NCBI GenBank assembly: GCA_023920165.1
Contig: CP089277.1
Location: 2,356,001 to 2,420,000 of the forward strand
Direction of reading: 5' to 3'
Length of the DNA stretch: 64,000 nt
From: Curvularia clavata
Lineage: Eukaryota
Shown one piece after another: positions 51,744-64,000 of this stretch. Numbering within the stretch: the first letter of the stretch is position 1; every line of letters starts with the position of its first letter. Under the pieces are notes generated by a model. That model ran no database searches. It was not told the DNA's origin and saw nothing but the letters and a program-made list of their open reading frames with translations. The translations under genes were made by a program, and so were the position numbers.

Positions 51744-53544
51744 ATGCAGGCGCCAGTGGTGGTTATGAGTATGACGACTGAAGCATTGGATACTTCAAAC
51801 AGCCCACTAACACAACACCAGACACGCAGACCCCGGGCGGGGAGCGGCAGTTTGGCCGCAAAGCCCAGCTCTCCAACATCACAGCAGCCAAGACGGTCGC
51901 AGACATTATCCGATCATGTCTCGGTCCCAAGGCCATGCTGAAGATGCTGCTCGACCCCATGGGCGGCATCGTCCTCACCAACGACGGCCATGCTATCCTC
52001 CGAGAGATTGAAGTCGCACACCCAGCAGCCAAGAGCATGATCGAGCTCAGCAGGACACAGGATGAAGAAGTGGGAGACGGCACAACCACCGTCATCATAT
52101 TAGGTGTGTAGCAAGTGCGGGGAAGCCCACGCAGACAGCTGACAATGGACAGCGGGAGAGATCCTCGCCCAGGCTCTGCCCCAGCTCGAGCGAAACATCC
52201 ACCCCGTCGTGATCATCCAAGCATTCAAGAAGGCCCTCGCCGATGCCCTCGAGATCGTCAACGAAATTGCCGTGGATGTTGACACCGACGACGATGAGCA
52301 AATGTACAAGATTATCAACTCTTCAATCGGCACAAAGTTCGTTTCACGGTGGTCGGATTTGATGTGCAGTCTCGCCCTCAAGGCTGTTCGCACCGTCTCC
52401 CTCGATATTGGTGCTGGCAAGAAGGAGGTCGACATCAAGCGTTATGCACGTATCGAGAAGATTCCTGGCGGTCAAATTGAGGACAGCGTGGTGTTGGACG
52501 GAGTCATGGTGAACAAGGACATCACACACCCAAAGATGAGGCGGAGAATTGAGAATCCCCGCGTTCTGCTGTTGGACTGCACACTGGAGTACAAGAAGGG
52601 TGAGAGTCAGACAAACATTGAGGTCAGCAAAGAGGAGGACTGGAACAGGATACTGCAAATTGAGGAGGAGCAGGTCAAGGCCATGTGCGATGCCATCATT
52701 GCTCTCAAGCCCGATCTTGTCATCACCGAGAAGGGCGTAAGCGGTACGTTATCCTGCATCTACCTTTCCGTCGAGCCTTGGCTAATTTGAACCAGATCTT
52801 GCACAGCACTACCTTGTCAAGGCCAACATCACCGCTATCCGCCGCGTTCGCAAGACAGACAACAACCGTATTGCTCGCGCGACAGGTGCCACTATCGTCA
52901 ACTCCGTCTTTTCCGCCGTTGCCTCCGACATTGGCACTGAGTGCGGTCTGTTCGAAATCTCCAAAATCGGAGACGAATACTTCACCTTCCTCACAAAGTG
53001 CAAGAACCCTAAGGCCTGCACTATCATGCTCAGAGGTCCTTCGAAGGACATTCTCAACGAGATTGAACGAAATTTGCACGACGCAATGGGCGTCACCAGG
53101 AACGTGATCTGGAACCCCAAGCTGTGCCCAGGCGGTGGTGCAACCGAAATGGCTGTTGCTGTCGGTCTAGACAGGAGGGCGAAGCTCATCGAGGGTGTCG
53201 CACAGTGGCCGTACAAGGCAGTCGCTGAAGCTATGGAGGTCATTCCCCGCACACTCATTCAGAACTCTGGAAACAGCCCGATCAAGGTACTCACACAACT
53301 ACGTGCAAAGCATGCAGAGGGTTACGAAGACGGCAGACACGGTGGAAGCTCTTGGGGTATCGACGGCGATGCTGGCAAGGTCGTCGATATGCACACATAC
53401 AACGTATGGGAGCCTCTGGCCGTCAAGGAACAGAGTATCAAGACGGCTGTGGAGAGTGCTTGCCTGCTGTTGAGGGTGGACGACATTGTGGCTGCGAAAT
53501 CAGCGAAGCAAGTCGGTGGTCCGATAGGCGGAGGTGACGACTAG
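51744..53544 (+). CDS. CCT3: T-complex protein 1 subunit gamma
   Basis: MQAPVVVMN, SCLGPKAMLKM, TNDGHAILREI, EVGDGTTT, VDIKRYARIEKIPGG and PGGGATEM. Introns 51769-51821, 52104-52152 and 52744-52795. Confidence 0.97.
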
Positions 53545-54372
53545 ATGTGTATAAGTTGAATACAGGCTTCGCAAGACCCTGGTTTATTCAATTCAGGAAA
53601 CCTGATTAAAAATATCAATCAAGTCACAAACAGTGCGGCTGAAGTCAACGGTCATTGCAATCACTAATAAGTCTGTGGTCGTGTACTAGTGTTACGCAAG
53701 CTATATCACGTGTCGTCGGACATATCACGTGCTGAAGGCTGAACCACTGAAACAAGCGCCATTTATCGGGGGTCCGAAGCTCAAGATTGCCGCAGTTGCA
53801 GTTGACGCAGCTCTGGGATTGGGCCGACATACAGTAGCACAGCCATTGATACCGTCTCTCCAATCGCAAGCCCATGACAGTTAGCGTGGCTGCGCCCACT
53901 CGTATTCCAAGCTTTAGGCACCCCAGGCTGCCTCACTGCATCTCAGCAAATCGCGCGTCGGCAGCTCCGCTTATGCTGTAGCAGCCAATCGCAACTCACG
54001 ACCGTATGCTGCTGGTTTTGCTTGTCACTGACATCCGCTCAGCCACCGCACGCTGGAAATAAGGAAATCTGGGGGCGAGTTTTACATGCTAGACAGGCCG
54101 CGATAGCTGCTCCTTACTTTGTTGGGTATCCTGTGCGATGGTCATGGCGGGGGCTGACGGTCTCAGTTGGTATGCCTAACTGTTAGCTATTCACGACAAT
54201 GGAGTTATGATCTTCTCTTGTTGAGTTAAGCACAAGGAGAGATGAGGGATATGTATATATGGTTTGAGTACGGACTGCAACAATTCACTACTTGTTCAGT
54301 GTTTGTCAACTTTCAGTTTCTTTGAAAGTGTATTCTTCTTCGAGTTTTGTTGTATTCACCAGTCCAGTCATC

Positions 54373-55632
54373 ATGTCGTCGAACAACGTTATGGGTACCC
54401 TCATGCTGGCAGCCAGCAGCCACTTGGAGCGACGACGAGAAAAAAAGGACGTCACATGTCCGGTGGAAAATACAGAAGGTCCTGAAATCGTCTACTTTGT
54501 TGGAGAAATGACATATCACCGCTTCGCAACCCTGCTTTCCCTTGGTTGCGGCATCCTCAGTACAGTTATCGTGGTGGTATTGATAATGCTACACGCCTTC
54601 AACTACTCGAATCCAGTCCAGCAACGACAGGTTATCCGCATTGTTTCCTTGATACCCTGGGTTTCGCTATTCTCCTTTCTCATCGTCTGGCAAGTCGAAA
54701 TCGGAGAATACTTGGAACTCTCACTCGACCTTGGATGTGCAATGGCATTGTCATCGTTTCTGCTCTTTATGTGCGATCTCGTGCTCTCGCATCCAGGCGG
54801 CTTCGAGTCTCTGTTTAGAGAACCAGCGGGTACCAATCCCCAGCGCAAATCTGATAGCCCAAAGTGGCTGAAGGTGACCTTTACTCCTGCACCTTGAAGC
54901 TTATTGAACTTCAACTAACAATCAACAGCAAACATGGTACGGCGTCCTTCAATTCATCCCCGTCAGCGCCATCCTCTGGGCTGCCACCGCCATCTCCCTG
55001 GCTGTCGGCACATACTGCAAGCAGTCCAATAGCCCACACTTTGCCCACATCTGGATCACGGTGATCAAGGCGGTCAGCATGGTGCTAGCCATCATCTACT
55101 CGCTCAAGTTCTACAAGCGAAACAAGCCTCTCTTGTCTAAACACGGTATCATACTCAAACTCTTGACCTTCAAGGGTGTCCTCGGTCTCAACTTTCTCCA
55201 ATCGGTAAGAATCTGCCCTCATACAACCAAACACAGCACTAGCAACAAAGACTCTAACTCGAGCCTTTCCAGTTCATCATCTCCATCCTCGCCGGCAGGG
55301 GTGTCCTCAAGCCCACACAGTACATGACCTTCCACGACATCAACACTGGTCTCGCCTCCCTCATTCTCGCCTGCGAAATGCCCATTTTTGCCGTCCTCCT
55401 CATCTTCGCCTTCTCACATCAGCCCTACAGACGTGCCCAGGGCGGCCCTGCCTCTGGCCCTCTGAATGCCATTGTCGATGCGATTAATGTCTCGGATTTG
55501 CTGGGTGCCTTTTTCCGCGGACCCATGAGACTGGTGAGGGATCAGCAGAGGCAGATTCTCAGACAGGACAGTATGAAGATTCAGGCGTTGCCGAATACAG
55601 GTGATGAGGAGAGTACCGAGTATAGGCATTAA
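54373..55632 (+). CDS. Organic solute transporter alpha / TMEM184-like membrane protein
   Basis: HAFNYSNPVQQRQVIRI, LKLLTFKGVLGLNFLQ and CEMPIFAVLLIFAF. Introns 54874-54928 and 55205-55272 keep the frame. Confidence 0.82.
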
Positions 55633-56244
55633 AGGGAGGGGGCAGAGTGGTTTAGAGGGTGAAGGATAGTGTGACGATACTCTGTAATGACGTTTTGATT
55701 GTTTAGCGACATGGTGTTGGGGTTTTGGTTACTAGATTGCACTTACTAGTGGCATGTTCTTTTGTTTCGCTCTCCGGGCACTTCGCTATGCTTGAATAGG
55801 ATATCAACTTTTTAGTATGCGCAAGTGTGGTTCTAGACGATTGGAAATGACATTTAAATGAACTGATCTATCCTCAATAATAACTTCTCAGAAAGGCTTG
55901 AGATTTAAAAGTATAGTCATATCCTGCAATCGTCTTTGGGTAGGGTTCTAAAAGACGAGTAGTTCTGATATCAGACTACGTATGGAGGATGGGACTCCCA
56001 TCTTGTAAACAAATTCTAATTACAACTATATTGCTTGATATGAGAAACTCGTATACTATAAATCCTTCATAAATATAAAAAATCTCTATAGAATCTCATC
56101 TTCGCGAACAACTTCATATAGTGCAACTCCATACAACTAACTATAGCATCTAGCACAGCTGCCTTTCACTAGCTGAGAAAAGTAGTAGAAAGAAAGTCCC
56201 CAAAATGTGACAAAAAATCAAATGACTCAAATCATATAATTTTT

Positions 56245-56431
56245 ATCAAGCGATCAACTCCCAGGTACTGAAGTTGCCCGACGCCCGCCTTCCGGATCGA
56301 ACCAACGTTCTACGGCCGACGCCTGCGCCCCTCCCAGCTTACAACCCAAATATCTATTTGTTAGTAAGTCTTGCAGTTTTCAAGATTCATTGTGCTGGAA
56401 GGCCCACCCGATTGGGGAGTGATCGCTTGAT
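56245..56431 (-). repeat. Inverted repeat (17 bp, one bulge) enclosing ~150 nt; candidate structured ncRNA
   Basis: atcaagcgatcaactccc (56245-56262) is complementary to gggagtgatcgcttgat (56415-56431). The repeat itself is seen directly; RNA status is unproven. Confidence 0.6.
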
Positions 56432-57043
56432 GGTGTAGTGTGGGACGTTGTAGTATATATGCTTGCTGGTAGTGAATAGCAAACAAACACTTCGATTATG
56501 TGTGATCACAGCGCACTTTGCAGAGGGCGGCAAACGGCCACACGGAAATTTCGTGTAGTATGCAACAAACGAGCACCGTAAAGTTATTGAGCAACTCATT
56601 CCAAGGCAGTCCCTCGTACGCTCCCATTAAAAAAAACTCTTTCACAACCACCCCATGCTTCAACTAACGCCTCACTAACCGCCAATGTATCACACATCAT
56701 TAGGATGATGTTATGACAATACACATAGTATAAGAGTCCTAGATTGAAACTTCTGATGTGACATATACAAATAAATTCTCGGCTAATCAACAAAATCTCT
56801 CTCCGAAACCCCCAAAAGAATATCTCTCTTTCTTTACATGGTTATCTCTGCACGTCCAACGCTGCTCTGCAGAAATGATTTTTGGCCCTTCTGTCTGGTC
56901 TGCAAGTTATATACCTCTTACTTTCCACACACATCAAAATGGTTTCTCAACGCACACAAACAGCAGCAGTAACACAGTGAACCATACAGGAAATGATGTT
57001 TTTCTCTTGGTGGAAAGAATAAAAGACTCCTGCATGACACTGT

Positions 57044-58557
57044 CTACTGCACCTCGTTGTTCCACCGTCGAGGTTGCGCCGGCAGTCCATTTGCCGACGG
57101 ACCCCTGCTTCCGGGTCTGCTGTTGGATCCGTCTACTGAGGGTGCAGGTCGCATGGGTAGGTTGACAACATTGCTGCTGCTGGAAGATCGGCTGGGATAT
57201 GATGGGCGGCGAGGTGCTGGTTCGCCGTCGCCGTTAGCCACTCTTTGTCTTGGATCGCTGGATTCACGCTTGTGGGGCGGCGAGCGTTCGCGCAGCTTCT
57301 CCTTGATGGCTGATGCTGGTGCGGAAGGCGCAAGATGCGACTTGCGCTTGTTGTGTTCAATCATAGAAATAGCCCAGGCTTCAAGGTCGACGGGTGTACG
57401 TTTGGCGGCTTGAAGGAAGGCATCGTGATCCTGCTGTCATCAGTATGTGTATCTACATGCAATATGGCGTAAACCTACGTAGAGTTCCTTGGGTGTAGGT
57501 CGCTCTGCCGGGTCCTTCATCAAACACTTGGCAATCATGTCCTCCAAAATTGATGGGAAGGCATCGCTCTTTGGCAGCTTTGGTGAGGGCTCCAAAACAA
57601 TTTGTTGCAGAAGATCAAGAATACCCTGAGGGCCTCCGGCATCATCGTCGTCGCCGCTCCCGGCGAATGGGAATTTGCCAATGGCCAACTCCATGAGTGT
57701 AAGACCGACACTCCACACATCCGACTTGACTGTGTATGGCGATCCCTGTATCCGCTCTGGTGCCATGTATGTGCCAGTTCCAACGAATGTTTCGGCAATG
57801 GAGCCCTCAAGTTCGCTTGACACACCAAAATCACATAGCTTGATGTTGCCCTTTGAGTTTACGAGGATGTTCGAAGGCTTGAGATCGCGGTGCATGATGC
57901 GGTGGGCGCTGTACAAGTAGGCGAGGCCGCCGAGGACGGCTTCTGAAATCTTTCCCAGTACGTCGACACGTACTGGTCCGAATGTTCGAGATACCCAGTC
58001 AAGAGAGCTATAATCGACAGTTAGCATCCATGGAATTTGCAGTGTGTACGAGAGTTTGCCTACCCCACGTCCATGTATTCCATGCACATTATGACATCGC
58101 CTGACGAGTTTTGGAAAGCGCCGTAAAAGTCGACAATGTAATCCGAGTTGCAGTCGTGCATAATGCGGAGTTCTCGTACGATTCGTTTTCGGACTTCGTT
58201 TTTTGCTTCAACATGTATGACCTGCCCTTGTCAGTCTCTTGCTTTCCTAGTACCCCACCTGCTTATCCGACTCACCTTTCTCGCCATTATGACCTTGGTG
58301 GCAGCGTGCTGCACCTTGCTGACTGTTCCTCCGTTTCCTGAGCCCAATTCCCGAAGCACTATCAGATCCTCCGCCTTAAGGTCTAGCTGAAACTCGACGC
58401 CAATCTCGAGCGTATCCTGCTTCTCGTCGTTGGCGCGGGCACCGGGTATTTGAGCGTCGCCGGCCGAGGGTGCTGGCTTGGGTGCAGGAGCGCTGAGTGC
58501 GAGACCTTTGACATTCTTCCTCTTCATAGTCTTCTGCTTGAAGGCTGATTCTGCCAT
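57044..58557 (-). CDS. STE7: MAP kinase kinase, pheromone/pathogenicity pathway
   Basis: MAPK docking site KRKNVKGLAL, GSGNGGTV, HRDLKPSN, DFG, activation loop SIAETFVGT and YMAPER. Three introns (~58275-58223, 58063-58008, ~57477-57432). Confidence 0.93.
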
Positions 58558-59103
58558 TTTGTCGGTTTGCGCCGGGCGCCGGTGTGATGCGAGGGTGGAC
58601 AGAAAGGGTGCAGGGACTGCAAGGCTCCGAGTGTAGGGTCAGAGACGATGTGTCTGACAGTACAAGGGCGCAAGCGGTGGCTTTTGTTTCGAGTTTGCCG
58701 CCCGAAGCTGTGTCGACAATGGTACGCCAATCACGGCGGTAGCTCAAAGGAGGAAGCGTCTATTGGATTCGCAGCGTTGGGACGCGTGAGCGACGATGTG
58801 CACGCCCAAGGCAGTGCAGGGATTGATTGGGAGGGTCGTTGTTTTATGCAGAGCACGATGTCTCGGGTGGCTGTTGGCAGCAGAAGAAGTCAGGAGAGAG
58901 GTTGTGGTCGTGTCAGTCTCCCAAGCTAGCGGGGCGCGCGCAGGGTGGGGGCAGAGGGACTGGGAGCGGCGTCTAAACGGGCTCTGCAAGGCTGCAGATG
59001 GAGCAGCACAATAGTCGCGCACTTGGAGAAAGCGAGCTGCAGGAAGCGGGCGACACGTTGGCTCTGCTCGGGATGGGCGGCCAATATATAGAGACTGACA
59101 ACT

Positions 59104-59124
59104 CACACACACACATACATACAC
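59104..59124. repeat. Imperfect (CA)n microsatellite in the STE7/SPT6 divergent promoter
   Basis: cacacacacacatacatacac read directly. Confidence 0.7.
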
Positions 59125-59801
59125 GATGCATCGTTCAGGAGGTTTCAGAGTGGCATGGTTGCTCGTGGCTATGCCTCACCTACTGCTAGTGGCCATCTTC
59201 GGACGGACGCCCATGAATAAGACTATTGTATCGGATTGTAACAGAAAAGCCCTATGGATACTACATCATATAGACGCACCAACGGCGTGCCTGCAATGAC
59301 CCAATCGTCTCCAGCTACCTGGCCAACGGCCGTCGGACGTAGACATGATTCTGACGCGGCCATTGGCTAGATAGCGGCAATCCCCTGCGCGACTCAGGAC
59401 GCTGTGTATATCCGACTCTGCGTGATTGGGGAAATGTATAACAGAAACAGTGCCTCAAGGCGCATAATTGCCGGGCGGTTTTGGGATTCACGTGTGGATG
59501 TGGCGCGCAGTACTGCAATACCATGGATGGGCTTGCTTGGTAGCCCTTCCGCTCCCTAGCGCGGCTGTCACGTGCACAGCGTCAGTGCGGCTGAAAGTTA
59601 ACGCGGCCGATGGGTTGCGCGAGCCTTTGAGACCCTACATCTACCTTTCTCTTCCCCTTTACCTCGATTGCCCTCGACCTTCGCTCCCGCCTGGTCGCCA
59701 CAGTCGCCTGATCCCATTACTGTCAGGCGCCCCTCGAAACCCAAAAGTGCGCCGTCGACCCCGATCCTCAAACTTACGCGTTTCCCTTTACCTGGTCCGT
59801 C

Positions 59802-62800
59802 ATGTCTGAATTCTTTGACACAATTGCCGACGTCGGTAGCGAGGAGGAGGAAGATGAGGACTTTGATGGCGAAACTGGTGAGGGTAGCGAACCCAGGCCC
59901 AAGAAGACAAATGGCACAGCCGATATCGACGACTCCAGCGAGGAGGAAGACGAAGACGACGAGGACATTCTGCGAAAGGCAAGCTTCGCCATAGCAAACC
60001 GAGCTTCCAGGAATGCTGACAACTGTATAGGAAGGCGAGGGTTTCATCGCCGATGAAGATGAGGAAGAGGAAGAGGAGGTAGCAGAGCGCCGGCGGCGGC
60101 GCAAGAAGAAGAGAAAGAACCGTGAAGCAGAAGAGGCCCTCGACGATGAAGACTTGGACCTGATCGGCGTCGAAGTAGAACGTCCCGCAGAAGAACAGGT
60201 AAGGCATATTCCGCTAGAGCCTAAACCCGACTAACATGTGTCCAGTCGAGGTTCAAGCGCCTCAAGCGTGGCCACAAGGAGCGCGTCAAGTCTCGGGGTA
60301 TTGACGACATCTTTGCCGACGACGAAGTCAATGAAGACTACGACGAGCCGCGGGCCCGATTGGGCGATGAATTCGACGACTTCATCGAGGACGACAAGTT
60401 CGAAGACGAAATCGAGGATGACCGCGACGTCACACAACCCGGCATCAGCCTAATCACCAAGGGCCTACAAGCTGCAGGACTCGATGAGGGCGCCGAAGAG
60501 GACTATAGAGCTGCATTTGGTGATGGCACAGATTACGACTGGGCGCTGGAAATGCAAGAGGCCGAAGAGGAGGAGCAGGCTGGCGAGGGCCGCGAACTAC
60601 AACTCAAGGACGTCTTTGAGCCATCACAACTCCAGGAGCGCATGCTGACGGATGAAGACAACATCATCCGCGAGACTGACATTCCTGAGCGCTTGCAATT
60701 GGCCCGAAAGCCCTTCAAGGAGATTGAGCTCACACCGGAGGACATGCAGGCACGTCTGACCGAGGAGGCAACTTGGATCAGCAACATGCTATGGCCTAAG
60801 AAGGGTCTGCCAAGATATTTCCTGCAACCTTTCGAAAAGGCTGTACGAAAAGTCCTTGAATTCATCAACCTCGAGGATTACGAAGTCCCCTTCATCTTCA
60901 ATCACCGAAAGGACTACCTCATCCACGCGCCGAGCGATAACGATTTCGATGACATCGACAACCCACCACCCATGGATGCTCGGCCAGAGCGTCTACTTAA
61001 CCAGGCTGACCTGTGGGAAGTCTTTGATTTTGATCTCAAGTTCAGGGCTTTTGCTGAAAAACGTGATGCCCTCAGGCAGAACTATGAGAATCTGAAGAGC
61101 GTTTACCCTGACATCAACGACACTGAGATTGAGGAGCTGTCTGCTAGGGCCATCACGATCGAGGAGATCCAAGAGCTTCAAGATTACCTACATTACAGGT
61201 ACTCGCAAGAGATTAACGAGGTCCGACAAGAAGTCAACGGTACACAGAAACGTGCCAACAACGCCCGGAGCTTTTTCGACAAGCTACGAAGCAGCAAGGC
61301 GAATCAACTTGTCAAGGCCATTGGCATCACCCCCGAAGACTTTGCCAAGAAGGTGGACGGAACGAGCAGAAACGCCTATACCATTGAAGACCCACCTTAC
61401 AAAGTCGAGGAGCTCGCTGACCAGCTTGCCGAGGCCCCAGAGACTGGTGCTACTCTTTTGAGATCCACGAAGCTACTGTTTGTCCAAGACCTCCAAATGT
61501 GCTCGCGCCTGCGCAGATACCTGCGTGGTAGCTTCTACCAGAATGCCGAAATCGACTGTATTCGCACTGACAAGGGCATGCGGAAGATTACCGAGGATCA
61601 CCCCTACTACGAATTCAAGTATCTGCGCAGAGTTACCTTCTCAGATCTCCAAGGCCGGCCGGACCTTTTCTTGAAGATGCTCAAGGCTGAGTCCGAAGGC
61701 CTTGTCCAAGTCAAGATATCCATGGGCAACTACCAACAGTTCAAGACGCGTCTGCAAGAGAAGATCATTTCAGAGGGTGTCAGTGAGGTTTCTGATACGT
61801 GGAATGCGCTTCGCAAGGAGTTGCTTAGCGTTGCGCTTGACAAGCTCCAGACCGTCATTGCAAACGGAGTCAAGGAGACTCTGCGTGCCCGCTGTGAGGA
61901 TGAGCTTGCCGCCTCGGCTCGAGAAAACTATTACAACAAGCTCGATCAGGCGCCCTATAAGCTGAAAAGTGCTCCTCTTGGATCGATTCCCAACGTCCTC
62001 TGTTTGTCAAACGGCAAGGGTCAACGTGGAGATGCCATCATGTTTGCTTACGTCGAGAACGATGGCCGAGTCATGGAGCAGGGTCGGTTAGTCGACATGC
62101 GGCTGGGTAATACTGAACGCGGTATTCCTGAAGGACAAGATATTGCAAAGCTGGTCGATGTCATTGCGCGTCGACGTCCAGATGTCATTGGTGTCAGCGG
62201 CTTCTCGGTTGAAACACGCAAGCTGTACAAGGACATTCAGGAAATCATCAGCCAGCGAGGCCTGACCGGTCCTGCGTACGAAGATGAGGATACCGGCGAG
62301 GAGAGAAACGAACCTCTGGAGGTTATCATGGTCAATGATGAGGTTGCTCGCCTGTATCACACCAGTGCACGAGCGGCTGCCGAGTTTCCAAAGTATCCTG
62401 CGCTTACAAGATACTGCATTGCTCTCGGAAGGTATCTGCAAAACCCACTCGCTGAGTACGCATCACTTGGCCGAGACATTGTTTCAATACCCTTCATACC
62501 CAACCAGACCTTGATACCGCAGGAGAAACTTCTGGATCGACTAGATACTGCCATGGTTGACATGGTCAATCTTGTTGGTATTGACTTGCCGGAAACTTAT
62601 GACGACAAGTACTTGTCAAAACTTATACCCTATGTGTGCGGTTTGGGACCTCGTAAAGCTGACCGGCTGATTAAGGCCATTCAGGCCAACAGCGACGAGA
62701 TTCTCTCACGTTTCGATCTCCTTGGTGTATCAGAGTCGCGCGACCTCAAAGCAGCTATGGGTCCCAAGGTTTTCCAGAACTGCGCCAGCTTCCTGTACAT

Positions 62801-64000
62801 CCCATACGACCCGACCGAAGAGTCATCTGACTACCTAGACTACACGCGTGTGCATCCTGAAGACTATGACCTGGCGCGAAAGATGGTTGCCGATGCCTTG
62901 AACATGGACGAGGAGGATGTCAAGGCAGAGACTGACGAGGGCGGTCCTAGCGCTGTTGTCAGAAAGATGGTGCGAGAGGAAACCACCGATCTCGTCAACG
63001 ACCTGGCTCTGGAAGACTATGCCGCCGAAATTGAAAGGAATTTTGGACAGCGTAAGCGTGCCACTCTCGAAACCATCCGAGCCGAACTCGACAACCCGTA
63101 CGAAGAAATTCGCCAAATTTTTGCGCTGCTGTCCGGCGACGAAATGTTCACCATGTTGACTGGTGAGACGAAAGAGTCGCTCTACGAAGGCATGGTGGTT
63201 CCTGTTACCATCAAGCGCACGTTCCCCGATCATATTGAAGTCAAGCTGGAGTGCGGAATCGAAGGTGGTGTCTCTGAGTCAGAGTTCCCAGAGGGCGTTG
63301 GCAGCGGTGGACAGGAGCCTCGTCACGTCTACTCAAGTCACCAGATTGTGCGCGCACGTATTGTATATCTCAACCGGAAAGCACTTACAGCACAGTTGTC
63401 TCTCCGAGACGATCTCATTCGGCAACCGCAAAAGAAGCCTTACGACCGCGCCGCTGGCGAGTGGGACGAGGCCCAAGAAGCACAGGACAAAAAGGCGGCC
63501 GAGAAGGAGAAGGAGGTCGCGTCTGGCCGACCTAACCGTGTCGTCAACCACCCTCTTTTCTTTTCCTTCAACACGATCCAAGCAGAGGAATACCTCGGTG
63601 GTAAGGAGACTGGCGATCTTGTCATTCGTCCATCGTCCAAGGGTTTTGATCACTTGGTCGTGACATGGAAGGTCTCTAACAATGCCTACCAACATCTTGA
63701 CGTGCTCGAGATGAACAAGCCGAACCAGTTCTCATTGGGCAAGCAGCTCAAGATTGGAAAGCACACATACTCTGATCTTGACGAACTGATTGTCAACCAT
63801 GTCGAGGCCATGGCACGCAAGGTTACGGAGCTGACCCGAGACGAGCGATTCCAGCCTGGTACTCGGGAAGATACTGGTATGTTGACGATACCGATTAATT
63901 CTTGAGAACGTATAGCTAACTTCTTGCGTGTAGAAAAATGGCTAGAGAACTACTGCGAGGCCAACCCGTCGCGGTCCATGTACGCGTTCTGCAGCATGCC
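59802..64000 (+). CDS. SPT6: Transcription elongation factor / histone chaperone Spt6 (3' end beyond the window)
   Basis: Acidic N-terminus, DVFEPS, DIPERLQ, YqgF-like region, HhH (VCGLGPRKA), TRVHPEDY, S1 domain and SH2 (VIRPSSKG). Introns 59979-60030 (GC-AG), 60199-60245 and 63877-63933. Confidence 0.97.

Noticed and set aside
56192..56201. GAAAGTCCCC resembling RNase MRP CR-I
   Set aside because: No matching CR-V (GGGGCT-type) partner or P1 helix found at a suitable distance.
56280..56340. tRNA gene suggested by GGTTCGATCC
   Set aside because: No cloverleaf; T-stem and acceptor stem pairing are absent.

Overview
Gene-dense eukaryotic DNA from a filamentous ascomycete (Pezizomycotina, probably a Dothideomycete; inferred from short GT-AG introns with CTRAY branch sites and from protein style). 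About 22 protein-coding genes can be supported. Recognisable ones are a PIG-H/GPI15 fragment, a Hub1/UBL5-like protein with an RS/RD-rich N-terminus, tRNA pseudouridine synthase PUS3/DEG1, a VIT-vWA protein, a PTH11-like membrane protein, NADP-isocitrate dehydrogenase, pentafunctional ARO1, two Dal5/Tna1-type MFS permeases, an F-box protein, a cytochrome P450, an alpha/beta hydrolase, phospholipase D (SPO14/PLD1), CCT3, an OST-alpha/TMEM184-like protein, the MAPKK STE7 and SPT6; several others are unknowns. I saw no tRNA, rRNA, CRISPR array or intact transposon. The most notable items are: (1) an unannotated ~190-nt element at 56245-56431 closed by a 17-bp terminal helix, with TATA-like, B-box-like, intron-like and T6 signals all on the minus strand (candidate ncRNA); (2) a VIT-vWA protein carrying nucleoporin-like GLFG repeats plus a Som1/SomA-type helix; (3) an F-box protein ending in a Zn2Cys6-like motif; (4) an SR-like Hub1 fusion; (5) a divergent pair of small uncharacterised genes in an accessory-looking block at about 31-40 kb. 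All family assignments come from motif recognition, not from database searches.
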